Assembly (NCBI GenBank): GCA_051382335.1
Contig: JBBCAX010000144.1
Coordinates: 1 to 63,833 of the forward strand
Direction: 5' to 3'
DNA length: 63,833 nt
From: Deltaproteobacteria bacterium TL4
Lineage (GTDB): Bacteria; SAR324; NAC60-12
Part shown: positions 44,866-55,273 of the stretch, in pieces
How the letters are laid out: every line of letters starts with the position of its first letter
Numbering within the stretch: position 1 is the first letter of the stretch
Translations under genes and position numbers: made by a program
Notes under the pieces: generated by a model
What the model saw: the letters and a program-made list of their open reading frames with translations, nothing else
The model's database searches: none
Told to the model about the DNA's origin: nothing

Positions 44866-47847
44866 CTAAAAAGAAAGGGCTGCGCCTTTGAGGTAGGCTA
44901 TGTCTCCTTCGAACTTGGGTTGAAACAAGGCTTCAAGTTCTGGTTTAAGCCTGGCAGGATAATTTTCATGGTAGGAAGTATCCGCGTCATCAACCCATGA
45001 TTGAACATGATGTCGTCGAAGTGCAGGGGGATATTTGGAGTTGGTTGGTCCCAAAACATCCGCGACATAGCCGCTGTAATTCAGGAATTGCAACGCTGCC
45101 GACGTATAATCCAAGTGCGCGATTTTCCATACAGAGGGCGGAATGGTTTTGGGCGAGACCGTTGCGCTTCCGGCCTCTTCCGTAACCGTATAGGTTTTGT
45201 AGGTTCCATGAACCGGATAAACGGCGTGTGAGCCAAGCGCGTAATAAACAGCGGGATGGTTTCCAATTTTCAACGCATGATTCCAAGGAATTTTCACGCG
45301 TCCTCTAGACAACGAAATATTGACTTCGATGGTTTCATTTCCCAGAAACAAGGTATCATTTCCAATATGATTTCCGAGTGTGATGGACAATGGCTTTTGA
45401 TCCGCATCCAGCTCAATCGTAAAGCTTTCCCTGTCAAGTGCATGAGCTCCTGCACCTGGGAGCTCAACCGTCCCCATTTTGGGGTCGAACGCATAGAAAT
45501 TATAGTAGCTTAAAAAAACCCGATTCCCAATTTCCACAACATCGTAGTAGATCACTGGCGCTTTAACATCACCAAGGATGTCTCTAAAATGAACGGGTGT
45601 TTCACAAGGCCACCCCAGGGCAATTCCTGGTTCTAAAGGACGATTTGTTTCACAGGTCGTAAAATTGAAACGATAATCCACATGTCCATTGGTTTTCATG
45701 AATTGCATCAAATCAGGCATCGGAACCTGGATTTGTCCATTCAACGTCACCACTTTGACCGTGTCCTCAATACCTCCATAACCCAGATAATCTTCCAAGT
45801 ACACAGGGAAGTAGCTTTCCTCCTGATGATAAACACCGATAGGGAGAAATTTTTGGGCAAGTTCTGCATGGTTGGAAGGGATCGGGTGAGGAATATAGAC
45901 CTCTTGAATCCAAAAATCCTCACTTTCGATTTTATCTTTTAGTAGAGTTTGCGTCAGTTTCGTTTTTCGGAGGGTGATGCGATATCGGCCTGATTTTAAA
46001 TTTGTTAGCAAAAACTGGTTCTGATGTTCTCCTATAAATCCTTCATTCCAACGTTGTTCTTCTTCCCAAATTTCATTATCAGAGAGATCATAAGTTGCTA
46101 GGTGTTTATAGTAAATCACGGTGCCCTTGGCGAGACAGGGGCTGACGTTGATGGATAAGGTGGTGGCGGTTCTGCTTAAAATTTCAAAAGGCGCCTTACC
46201 CAGACATTCTTCGGTAGCTTTCATCAGGCTGGTATCATGGGGAATGACCAACGCAAATTGGATGGCATCTGCCTCGTCTTCAAGCAGGTAGGAATCCTGA
46301 TCCTTAACCGCTGGCAAAATATCGATTTTGTCTGTTTTCTCATCATAAACCAGTACTTTTTCAGGAATTCCAGTCAGGGGCGTTACACGGATACGGATTA
46401 GCGATTTTTGATTTTCAGGAACGCCAACACGGATAAATTGATTGCTGATGAATTGAAAAACATCACGGTATGAAACATGCTCAATGCCCTCTGTAACGGT
46501 AATCTTGCCGATAATCTCTGTTCCTTGAATTGTGATACGGAAGGTGTTGTTCTTAATATCGTGAACGACTTTCTCGACACTTTGTATCCAGTTTGTATTT
46601 TCTATAATTTCTTTTTTCGACTCAATCAAGACATCACTGTAAATTCCCCAAACCCCCTTTGGATCAAGTTGAGACCAATCATTGATCGTATTCACGGCGT
46701 CAACAAAAACAAACTGTTCCAAGTCGTGGAGTTGCTGTGCAAAGGAGGCGTTTAAGGCCCTGGATTTATTCACAGCGATGGCATAGGGGTGCGCCTTGGT
46801 AATAAATTGAAAAACTTCAGAATTGGAGGGAGCGTCGGATCTTGGGGCTAAAATAATATTCGGATACCCCAGTTTTAGAACCTCGTCATAATCTTGAATT
46901 TGATAGATTTGAGGAAGCAATTGCGCTTGATAGCCTGAGGCTTTGTCAGCAACAACTTTCAACAGGGCCGAAACGTTTGTTTCCTGGGTATCTAAAATCA
47001 CTTTAACGGTGGGATGCAAGGCGAGCCACGTCAGAAAATCATCAAAGGTTAAAGCAGTTAATCCCTGTTTCATGGACAGTATTTGAAAGGTGTGCAAATC
47101 TTTTATTCCGGCTTGCCCCTCAACGAGTTCAAAGAGAGCACTCAAACGTTCATGCCAGTTTTCTAGCAACACCAACTGCTGATCTGAAGTCCAACTCAAA
47201 TCAATTTCAAAATAACGATGACCTCTTAAATAATTACTGTTGAGTGCTTCAAGCGAATTGCTTTGGGACACTCCCGCAATGTTACCACCGCCTCTGGCAA
47301 CCAGTTTGGGAATGACCAGATCCTGCAGTAAAAGTCCTACTCCATTTTTCATCTCTCCTTGTTCATTCCGGGAATAAACCAAGAGGTGTGTCGCTTTTTC
47401 GGGCAGTAAGGAGTTTTCTTTGATTTGAAGGGTCAAGGCTTCACTTGTTTGATCCAGCAAACCCAGTGGTTTTTCAGTCAATTTAGTTGTTGAGGAGGCT
47501 CCCCAATAAATAGCATAACCTGTGATATCACTTTCATTCGCTGCTTTCTCGATCTGAACAACGCCTTTTAACTCTCCTGGATCAGGGTCTTTATCATAAA
47601 AGCTCAGTCCTGACGCAAGATTCACCGGAATACTGGCATGAACCGTACCTGCCTCAGAACTTTGTTCGTTATTTTGTGCCTCGTTGTGATCCGACAGATC
47701 TTCTTGAACACCAACATTTTCGTCAGTTGACGGCGTGGCTTTTTTGGTTCCTCCAGACGACGCATCGTCGTTAGAACCGCATGCCGTGATCAACCCGTAG
47801 CAACAGAAGATTATAACTATTTTTATTAATAACCAGCGTATCCTCAT
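44866..47847 (-). CDS. Lipoprotein with GDPD-like domain and C-terminal Vps62/NPP1-like domain
   Basis: Lipobox ITAC; VARGGG...NSLEAL...FEIDLSWTSD (GDPD-like); AQKFLP...ESYFP...YYNFYAFD...GSHAVYP. Confidence 0.6.
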   Translation of the reverse strand: MRIRWLLIKIVIIFCCYGLITACGSNDDASSGGTKKATPSTDENVGVQEDLSDHNEAQNNEQSSEAGTVHASIPVNLASGLSFYDKDPDPGELKGVVQIEKAANESDITGYAIYWGASSTTKLTEKPLGLLDQTSEALTLQIKENSLLPEKATHLLVYSRNEQGEMKNGVGLLLQDLVIPKLVARGGGNIAGVSQSNSLEALNSNYLRGHRYFEIDLSWTSDQQLVLLENWHERLSALFELVEGQAGIKDLHTFQILSMKQGLTALTFDDFLTWLALHPTVKVILDTQETNVSALLKVVADKASGYQAQLLPQIYQIQDYDEVLKLGYPNIILAPRSDAPSNSEVFQFITKAHPYAIAVNKSRALNASFAQQLHDLEQFVFVDAVNTINDWSQLDPKGVWGIYSDVLIESKKEIIENTNWIQSVEKVVHDIKNNTFRITIQGTEIIGKITVTEGIEHVSYRDVFQFISNQFIRVGVPENQKSLIRIRVTPLTGIPEKVLVYDEKTDKIDILPAVKDQDSYLLEDEADAIQFALVIPHDTSLMKATEECLGKAPFEILSRTATTLSINVSPCLAKGTVIYYKHLATYDLSDNEIWEEEQRWNEGFIGEHQNQFLLTNLKSGRYRITLRKTKLTQTLLKDKIESEDFWIQEVYIPHPIPSNHAELAQKFLPIGVYHQEESYFPVYLEDYLGYGGIEDTVKVVTLNGQIQVPMPDLMQFMKTNGHVDYRFNFTTCETNRPLEPGIALGWPCETPVHFRDILGDVKAPVIYYDVVEIGNRVFLSYYNFYAFDPKMGTVELPGAGAHALDRESFTIELDADQKPLSITLGNHIGNDTLFLGNETIEVNISLSRGRVKIPWNHALKIGNHPAVYYALGSHAVYPVHGTYKTYTVTEEAGSATVSPKTIPPSVWKIAHLDYTSAALQFLNYSGYVADVLGPTNSKYPPALRRHHVQSWVDDADTSYHENYPARLKPELEALFQPKFEGDIAYLKGAALSF

Positions 47848-47883
47848 TCGTTAGTGTCTCTTTTGGCCTGAGTTTTATGTTTG

Positions 47884-48387
47884 TTATTGCTTCCTGATAA
47901 GCTTTGACCATTCCAAAATCTTTTCGTCAAGCGACAAATGGGCCATCGCAGGACTTGTTGAGGGAAGTTGCGCATATTTTATCTCATGTTTTGATTCTGC
48001 TAACTTTGGTAGAACTCTTTTGGTGTACTCTTGTTTTGCTCGTGAACCATTAAAAAAAACATAACTTATATTCGGATACTTATTGAAGAACGAAACAAAG
48101 TCATTTTCAATGATCGTATCCTTTTTAATTTTTGAATCAAGACTGCCTTCTCTCTCGCAAGCTTTCATCACATCCCAGAGGGCAATTCGGTTGTCCTTTA
48201 AAATTTCATTTTTTTCTTCGTAGTTTAATGAAGGATTAAAGTCAAACAGACTGGCCATAATTTCCCAGAAAGCATTCCTTGGATGCGCGTAGTATTCCTT
48301 CTTCTTTAACGATTCCTCTCCTGGCATCGTCCCCAAAATCAGGATGATTGCTGTTTTTTCAGCTATAGGCGGAAATCCTTGTTTCAT
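47884..48387 (-). CDS. DNA-deoxyinosine (hypoxanthine) glycosylase, UDG family 6
   Basis: ILGTMPGEESL, YYAHPRNAFW, IALWDV, GSLDSKI, LPSTSPA; ATG 48387 follows GAGG. Confidence 0.9.
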   Translation of the reverse strand: MKQGFPPIAEKTAIILILGTMPGEESLKKKEYYAHPRNAFWEIMASLFDFNPSLNYEEKNEILKDNRIALWDVMKACEREGSLDSKIKKDTIIENDFVSFFNKYPNISYVFFNGSRAKQEYTKRVLPKLAESKHEIKYAQLPSTSPAMAHLSLDEKILEWSKLIRKQ

Positions 48388-48557
48388 TTTTTTCCTCAAG
48401 GGAGATTTAAGTTTGTCTCTGTACCGTTTTCGCTTTGTCTTATAACATGAATTCGGGATAAGGACTAATGGGTTGAGTTCAATCTTAGGTTTGGCTACCC
48501 CCTTAACATACATGATAAAAAAATCACAACAAAGAATGAAACTGTCTTTTGCTAAAC

Positions 48558-48722
48558 TATTTCGTTGCTGAAACCAAAGGCTCCATGTCCTCCCTGGAAC
48601 TGAGGAAGATTGAAGAATGCAAGATCGACTGTGCCCGAAAGTTCTTTACCTGTCTCACCACAGATCACGTTAAATACGAGGTGGTGAGTGATTATGGCCG
48701 GTTGATGAATATTGTGAAGTGA
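48558..48722 (+). pseudogene. C-terminal remnant of a type III restriction endonuclease (Res) gene
   Basis: Manual translation [30 protein letters not shown]...[21 protein letters not shown] is the (D/E)xK half of the Res nuclease motif. Confidence 0.75.
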
Positions 48723-48808
48723 GGATTTTCAGGACAAGTAGAGGACGGTCAGTTCAAAAACCTTTTCGGCTAAGGTCTAGATTGGCTCGAAATTTCCAAA
48801 GTCAGTCC

Positions 48809-50608
48809 TCACAATTCAAGGGAAATTGTATAAATGATTCCATCAGAACTGTTCCTGTTTTTTTCGTTAATTTGTTTGTTCTGAAATTCATCCAATTTGG
48901 ATATGCCGCTTTTTAACAATTGCAAGCTGTCATAACTTTCAATCACACCACTGATGGAAAACCGTTTTTGATTATATTCAAGCATGTCGATCCGGAAATT
49001 GATCTCTTTTTCCAGGACTCCCGACAGTTTGTTCAAAAAGGTTACATGACGGTATTCCCGCTTTTCAAACTTCTTACTGACTTCTATTTCTTGCTGACGA
49101 TTTTGAATCTTGGTTTGCAAGAGTCCGATCTTGGCTTTGACGCTGCCTTCACTCTCCTCTCCAAGCAATTGGTTTAACGTTGTTTCAATCTGGCGATCTA
49201 ACGACGCCATTTCCTGTCCAATAAGTTTGAGTCTCAATACATAATTGGTAATTGAAATACTGATCACCAGGACCAGCAAAACACTTCCCCAAATAGCGGA
49301 ATTGCGGTATTTACGAAAAAAACGATATAAAGGTGTTCCTTCAGAGTGGAAACTCAAGTTTCCGCCTTCCAGATGCGCAAGACTATAATGATGTAAATCA
49401 CCCAGTATGCCCCAGTGGGAACGTCCTTGCAAAGGCGAGAAAATGACCTGACGGTTGGTGCTGACTAAGGCGCCTGCTTTTTGAGGAGGAGGGGATAAAT
49501 CAACAGGGCGCTCTTCTTTGTGTTCCGATGAGGGGGTTTCCACGATTGTTGGCTCATGCTTATCTCCCAGTTCCACTTGTTCCTTGAGAGGTTGTTGTTT
49601 ATCCATTCTTGGGGCATCGATCTTCTGCGAAGTGCCTTCTTGGACGGCTAATGATTCTGGTCCTTCGGGGGTTTGACTGTGTTCAGGCGAAGTCAGCGCC
49701 GGGGGGGGAGTAGCGTGGGGCTGTGCCTCAACAAAGGGAAAGGCACAAACTTGAAACTCAAAACCTTTCCACTCCAGCATTGTTCCAAACAACCCATGCA
49801 GCAGTATTTTGCAATCTCCGTAATAATGATGAGTTTTTAAAAAAATATTAAATTGCTTACATAGCCCATAAATTTCTTTTTTGAGTTCCCAAAATAGTTT
49901 AAATTCCTTTTTTTGCTGAGGGTCCTCTGGCTGATGTTCTTCATCGTGCAGGGAAAAACGCTCCGCAAAGGTCATGAGATCTACAGAAAAAACATTCCAG
50001 TATTCTGCCAGTAAATCGGGGATCCTGTTGGGGAAAAACTTCACTCCTTTTAAATTTCCTCCTTCGATATGATTCACAAAGGACTCATCAGCCCCTATGT
50101 AAATTTGGAAGATAGGTTGATTGGTTGTCACCGGAATCGATTTAAACAAGACATAAGCCGCGCATTCAACATTATTTAAAAGAATCTCCCATTCAAAAAA
50201 TAATTGTTGTAACGCTTCCAGATATGAGCGGTCCAGGACCAGCAGTAATACATCCGATGTTTCATCAGCAAGAGGATAGACTTCATAAGTGTAGTGGACC
50301 TCGTCAAGATGACACATAATTTCATTTTCAATCTCAAAGGGCAGAATTTGTTTGATTTTTTTCTTATCTTGAAAGGGCAAGTTGATGATTCGACAGGTTA
50401 CCTTTTCCGTGGGCACAATCACTGAAACATGCTGTTCTTTCCACGAATGCGCTTCTAAAAAAACGGCTAGCGGAATTTTATGTTCCGCATTTCCCACATC
50501 AGGCAAGCTGTACGTTTCATCAAACGACAACTCATTATCATGTTTTCGTAGTTTAATTCCTTCGACACAGGCCGGATAGGAAGAAATGGTGTAAAAGACA
50601 TTATCCAT
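48809..50608 (-). CDS. Type II secretion GspL / PilM-PilN-like protein
   Basis: CRIINLPFQDKKKIKQILPFEIE GspL motif, single TM near the C-terminus, periplasmic FSISGVIESYD region. Confidence 0.75.
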   Translation of the reverse strand: MDNVFYTISSYPACVEGIKLRKHDNELSFDETYSLPDVGNAEHKIPLAVFLEAHSWKEQHVSVIVPTEKVTCRIINLPFQDKKKIKQILPFEIENEIMCHLDEVHYTYEVYPLADETSDVLLLVLDRSYLEALQQLFFEWEILLNNVECAAYVLFKSIPVTTNQPIFQIYIGADESFVNHIEGGNLKGVKFFPNRIPDLLAEYWNVFSVDLMTFAERFSLHDEEHQPEDPQQKKEFKLFWELKKEIYGLCKQFNIFLKTHHYYGDCKILLHGLFGTMLEWKGFEFQVCAFPFVEAQPHATPPPALTSPEHSQTPEGPESLAVQEGTSQKIDAPRMDKQQPLKEQVELGDKHEPTIVETPSSEHKEERPVDLSPPPQKAGALVSTNRQVIFSPLQGRSHWGILGDLHHYSLAHLEGGNLSFHSEGTPLYRFFRKYRNSAIWGSVLLVLVISISITNYVLRLKLIGQEMASLDRQIETTLNQLLGEESEGSVKAKIGLLQTKIQNRQQEIEVSKKFEKREYRHVTFLNKLSGVLEKEINFRIDMLEYNQKRFSISGVIESYDSLQLLKSGISKLDEFQNKQINEKNRNSSDGIIYTISLEL

Positions 50609-50616
50609 AGGCCACT

Positions 50617-52872
50617 CTACTCTTTACTGGGTATTGAGGGAACAGCTTTTGGGAGTTGTTCCCAGGATTCAACATGAAAATCCATTTGTTGTTGAAAAAG
50701 ATCCGTTCGTAATAGTTTAAGTTTTAACGGGACTCCTGATCTGATAACTCGATGCTTATATCTTCCTCTTAGGCTTAAACTGACTTTATCATAAATATAC
50801 AAGTCCTCATCAATCATTTCCAGTGGTATAAACCATTCTATGGAATATTTTTTTAATTCAACCGAAAAACCTGAATTTTCTACGGATATGACTTGCGCGT
50901 CAAAAATTTCATCCAGTTTATTTTCCATAAAAGCGACAATTTTTAATTTAGTACTTTTTTTCTCTACGGTTTCGGCTCGTCGTTCCTGTTGCGAGAGAAA
51001 ATCACCAATACTTTCAGGGACACTGTTTTTAGGTTTGCCCTTATTCTCCAGTGTCTCCCTGATATGGGTTTTCAGTGCACGATGGAGTAATAAATCGGGG
51101 TAGCGTCTTATCGGCGAAGTAAAATGACAATAATTAGGCGCGGCCAAACCGTAGTGTCCTTTGTTATAGGGACTGTAAACAGCTAGGGACATACAACGAA
51201 GGAGCATTAACTGAAGTTGATTCCGATTGGGCAGGTCTTTTATTTTTACGAAAATTTCATTAAACTCCCTGGAACTTTCTATTGAACTGAGATCGACCTT
51301 AATCCCATGAAACCAAAACGTTTTCTGTAAACTCATCAACTTTATTTGATCGGGTCCCAAATGGTTTCGAAAGAGCATTGGAATCTTATGAAGTTTACAA
51401 TGTGATGCTATTGTTTCATTGGCTTCTAACATAAATTGCTCAATCACTCTCATCGCGGAAGACTGGTAACGTTTCTTTAAGTTCCACATTTTGTCATGTT
51501 CATCTAATTCAATCTCAAAGTCTGGAAAATCAAAATCAATGGCCCCGCGTTTTGAACGTTTGCGAATGAGAATATCGGCTAGTTTTTTCATGAGCAACAA
51601 TTGTTCCCGCATTTCCTCATTGCGAATTGGGGTGGCTTTTTCTTGGTAAAAATCTTCTACATCCTCATAAACCAAGCGTCCATGACTCCGGATGATACTT
51701 TCATAAACGGAGTAATTATCAACTTCTCCTTCAGCAGATAGTGTCATTTGACACGTTAAGGTCAAACGGTTGACACCTGGCTTCAGACTGCATAAATTAT
51801 TTGAGAGCACTTCGGGCAACATTGAAATGGCATGTGTGGGCAAGTAAACACTGGTTCCCCTTTGGTAAGCTTCCTGATCCACAAGGTCATCCTTTTGAAC
51901 ATAATGCGCCACATCGGCAATGGAGACAAATAGTTGATATCCCCCAGAATCCTGGGCTTGAACATAAACCGCATCATCAAAATCACGAGCTGTCTTTCCA
52001 TCAATAGTCACAAAATGACAACTCCGTAAATCAACCCGCTTTGAGGCCGGGTCATAAACCACCCGTTTGGGTAATTGATTCGCGCAAAAAAGGGTTTCCT
52101 CGGTAAAGGTGGTTCTGATATTATTTTCTGCAAGTAAGGTGTTTAACGCTATTTGTTCCAAAGATTGTCCCGACATGACAGAAACGATTTTCCCAAAATA
52201 TTCCGCTTTTTTGGAAGCTTTGTGCTTAGGTTGTTGTACGTCTATGATTTCGACTTCTACAAAAGAATCCAGCGGAATATCAGGATATTCAGGGTTTGCA
52301 ATGATTTGAACGGGCGGCAGTCCTGATTTCAGATTAAGAGGCAGAGCCAAAATTTTATTTTGATGCCGCACCAGTCTGGCAATCACACGCAAACAATGAC
52401 GTTTGGTTATTTTAACAACTTGACCTCTCGATTTACCTCGTCCGTGAGCATGAATCAACTCTACCAGAACCTCATCTCCATCCATGGCTCCTCCCTCTTT
52501 ATGGGGAGGAATAAAGAGATCCTCTTGGCCATTACCAATAATCACAAAGCCATAACCCTTTGAGGTGGTGGTGTAGATCCCTTTGATTTTCTCTGAGTTA
52601 TGGGCTTTGGGGGAAGCGTTGGATTGATGGTGGGGGGGATGAGTGATTTGATTGTGTCTAACCGCATGAGGCTTATGTTGGGAAATCTCAGCAATAGAAA
52701 AACGTGTGCCGCGTTTTGCTACCTTTCCTGCTAAAACCAATTCATGCAATAAATCCTTTACCTGAAAATGATATCTTTTGTTCAAGCCTAACATTTGGCG
52801 GAGTTGTTTGATGGATAAAGAATCTGTGTGTTTGGCTAAGGTGCTGAGAACCTGATTTTTTTTTATTTTCAT
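50617..52872 (-). CDS. rnr: Ribonuclease R
   Basis: N-terminal HTH, cold-shock GYGFV, TIDGKTARDFDDA, HFTSPIRRYPD, S1 domain. Confidence 0.93.
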   Translation of the reverse strand: MKIKKNQVLSTLAKHTDSLSIKQLRQMLGLNKRYHFQVKDLLHELVLAGKVAKRGTRFSIAEISQHKPHAVRHNQITHPPHHQSNASPKAHNSEKIKGIYTTTSKGYGFVIIGNGQEDLFIPPHKEGGAMDGDEVLVELIHAHGRGKSRGQVVKITKRHCLRVIARLVRHQNKILALPLNLKSGLPPVQIIANPEYPDIPLDSFVEVEIIDVQQPKHKASKKAEYFGKIVSVMSGQSLEQIALNTLLAENNIRTTFTEETLFCANQLPKRVVYDPASKRVDLRSCHFVTIDGKTARDFDDAVYVQAQDSGGYQLFVSIADVAHYVQKDDLVDQEAYQRGTSVYLPTHAISMLPEVLSNNLCSLKPGVNRLTLTCQMTLSAEGEVDNYSVYESIIRSHGRLVYEDVEDFYQEKATPIRNEEMREQLLLMKKLADILIRKRSKRGAIDFDFPDFEIELDEHDKMWNLKKRYQSSAMRVIEQFMLEANETIASHCKLHKIPMLFRNHLGPDQIKLMSLQKTFWFHGIKVDLSSIESSREFNEIFVKIKDLPNRNQLQLMLLRCMSLAVYSPYNKGHYGLAAPNYCHFTSPIRRYPDLLLHRALKTHIRETLENKGKPKNSVPESIGDFLSQQERRAETVEKKSTKLKIVAFMENKLDEIFDAQVISVENSGFSVELKKYSIEWFIPLEMIDEDLYIYDKVSLSLRGRYKHRVIRSGVPLKLKLLRTDLFQQQMDFHVESWEQLPKAVPSIPSKE

Positions 52873-53362
52873 TAAGTCCTGACTAGGAGGGGGAACAAAC
52901 GTTTTAGTCTAAAAAATGGCAACTTTTTTTTGAATTGTTAACTGAGGTTACCATGAATCTCTGGTGGACTAGCGTTTATCGAAACTTGAGGTCCTTATAG
53001 CAGTATGGAACCAGAATGTCAAAAAAGTCAACAAAGTGAGTGTGTTCTAAGTATGAAATAAGCTCAATTTATGGAATAAGCTTATTAAATCGTTCAATGA
53101 TAAAAATGACAAGTGTTATATAGATTGATTTGTAATCAAGTTTTTGTTATGCAAAGGTGCTGTGCGTTTGAACACTGAAAACCGAGCTTGGTTACATAAT
53201 AAATACAGAGACAGTCTAGAGCAAACATTTTGTACTTGTACATTACATTCAAGTTCCCTAACAGTATCCACTTGATGTCCGCTATTGACAATTGGGTGCT
53301 GAATCGTTCGGAATCCTCTTTTATTTCTAAATGACTCACTGAAAGCGTTGAGAAGGTTACAA

Positions 53363-55216
53363 ATGGTTTCAATTAAACAAAAGTTTATTTTATTTTTTAT
53401 TTTCGCCTCTCTGATTCCTCTCGTCCTGGTGGGTGGATATAATTTTATGGTAAAAGTGAATCAGGCTGAAAACGAGATTGAACGACACCTTTCCACGCTA
53501 GCTAAGATCAAACAGCAAACACTCAATAATTTTTTATTGGATATTCAACTGCAATTGAAAGCACTTTCGAACAATAAAAACGTTATCGAATTGCTCCGGT
53601 TGTCTGCTAATTCTGAGGGAAATATCAGTCAAACCCCAGCATTTCAGAATGCTAATGAAGTTTTATTAAATTATCAGGAGTCTTATTGGGGAAAGCTGCA
53701 TCATGTCTTCATTACTAATGCCGAAGGCAAAGTCATCGTCAGTCCTCCCCACGAAAATTCGACTTCTTCACACTTAGAGCAAAATATTTCACAGTCCTCT
53801 TTTTTCCAACAGTCCCTGAAAAAACCAACGATTACCGATTTTTATAGTTTTTCTGAGAAAGATCATTTCCATCAACTGTCCATGCAGCCTGTTTTTGACG
53901 TAACGGGGGAAGTCCTTGGCGTGATAGTTGCGGAAGTTATGATTGCCTATCAGAATCAGATTTTAGCAGAAAACTTCCAAATTGGAGAAACCGGTAAAAT
54001 CTTCATTACCGCCTTAAACGGACAAAAAATCGTACAAGACAAGGAACAACAGGAATTCCTGTTAGAAAGAGAAGGTTTTAATAAAGTGGTTGTTCAAGGG
54101 ACTGTCATGGGGAATTATGAAGACGAATCCGGCAATGAATTTTTCGGGCTTTATAATCATGATCCAAAGTACCCATGGATCTTATGTATCGAAGTCGACA
54201 GGGCTGAAATCTTATTCCCTATCTACCGTCAAGAACGGGTGACCGCTTTGATCTTTGGTGGGATCATCATTTTGGGATTTTTCCTGGTTGTTTTATTTAC
54301 GAAGAGTATTCAGGGAACGTTACACTCGATTGAATCCATGGTCGTTGATATTGCGGATGTCGCAAAACAAGTTTCCCTAAGCAGTCAAACTCAAAATGCT
54401 TCGGTTGAGGAAATAAGCTCATCCTTACAGGAGTTGGTCACGTCCATCAAGAACGTTGCCAATAATGCCAATAATGTTTCTGACGCGGCACATCAGTCCA
54501 CGGAACAGGTTAAACTTGGGGAACAAGCGGTACGTCAGGCGAATGCGTCTATCTTGAGAATTAGAGATTCATCCAACGAAGTAGCGGATATTATAGACGT
54601 TATTTCAGAAATTGCGGAACAAACTAATTTATTGGCATTAAATGCTGCAATTGAAGCGGCTCGAGCTGGAGATCAAGGAAAGGGGTTTGCGGTTGTTGCC
54701 GATGAAGTAAGAAAATTAGCGGAGCGCAGTGCAAAAGCAACGGATGATATCACCAAATTAATCAAGGAGAGTCAGTCCCGTGTTATTGAAGGAACACAAC
54801 TTTCTGAAAAAACAGCGAAAGCACTTGAATCCATTGTGACGAACGTCAATAATACCGCAGAGTTGGTAGAACAAATTTCCGCAAGTACTCAAGAACAAGC
54901 GGCCGTTTCAAGTTTGATCAAAGATGGCATGACTCAAATTTCTTCGACAATCGAAGAAAATGCTGCGGCTTCTGAGGAACTGTCCTCATCATCTCAAAAG
55001 ATGATGGATCGGATCCATATCATTATCACCGGAAGCCTTCACAATCTTATAAAAAAGAGTACACGCAGTGCCTCCGTTGATTATGAGGTTCCTTCTCCCA
55101 CGTATTCAGAAAATATTCCCAAGAAACATTCGGAGCCTTTAGTGGTTAATAAACTTTCCTCTTCTTCTGGTTCAAAGTCATCCTCCGCAAAAAATAGGGA
55201 TTATTTAGATTGGTAA
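53363..55216 (+). CDS. Methyl-accepting chemotaxis protein with dCache-like sensor
   Basis: Two TM helices; [38 protein letters not shown] hairpin. Confidence 0.93.
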   Translation: MVSIKQKFILFFIFASLIPLVLVGGYNFMVKVNQAENEIERHLSTLAKIKQQTLNNFLLDIQLQLKALSNNKNVIELLRLSANSEGNISQTPAFQNANEVLLNYQESYWGKLHHVFITNAEGKVIVSPPHENSTSSHLEQNISQSSFFQQSLKKPTITDFYSFSEKDHFHQLSMQPVFDVTGEVLGVIVAEVMIAYQNQILAENFQIGETGKIFITALNGQKIVQDKEQQEFLLEREGFNKVVVQGTVMGNYEDESGNEFFGLYNHDPKYPWILCIEVDRAEILFPIYRQERVTALIFGGIIILGFFLVVLFTKSIQGTLHSIESMVVDIADVAKQVSLSSQTQNASVEEISSSLQELVTSIKNVANNANNVSDAAHQSTEQVKLGEQAVRQANASILRIRDSSNEVADIIDVISEIAEQTNLLALNAAIEAARAGDQGKGFAVVADEVRKLAERSAKATDDITKLIKESQSRVIEGTQLSEKTAKALESIVTNVNNTAELVEQISASTQEQAAVSSLIKDGMTQISSTIEENAAASEELSSSSQKMMDRIHIIITGSLHNLIKKSTRSASVDYEVPSPTYSENIPKKHSEPLVVNKLSSSSGSKSSSAKNRDYLDW

Positions 55217-55227
55217 CCTATCCGCTT

Positions 55228-55256
55228 AAAGATGAGTTCACAAACTCATCTTTTTT
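55228..55256 (+). terminator. Rho-independent terminator
   Basis: AAAGATGAGTT-loop-AACTCATCTTT followed by a T-run, 11 nt after the MCP stop. Confidence 0.75.
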
Positions 55257-55273
55257 GATTCCATTCGGCTAAC

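Noticed and set aside
48388..48513. N-terminal extension of the glycosylase ORF
   Set aside because: Family homology and the RBS begin at 48387.
52915..52936. Possible sigma-54 promoter TGGCAAC...
   Set aside because: No GC at the required GG-N10-GC spacing.
25408..53047. AAGTGAGTGTGTTC shared by two intergenic regions
   Set aside because: A single 14-mer match with no extended similarity; plausibly chance.
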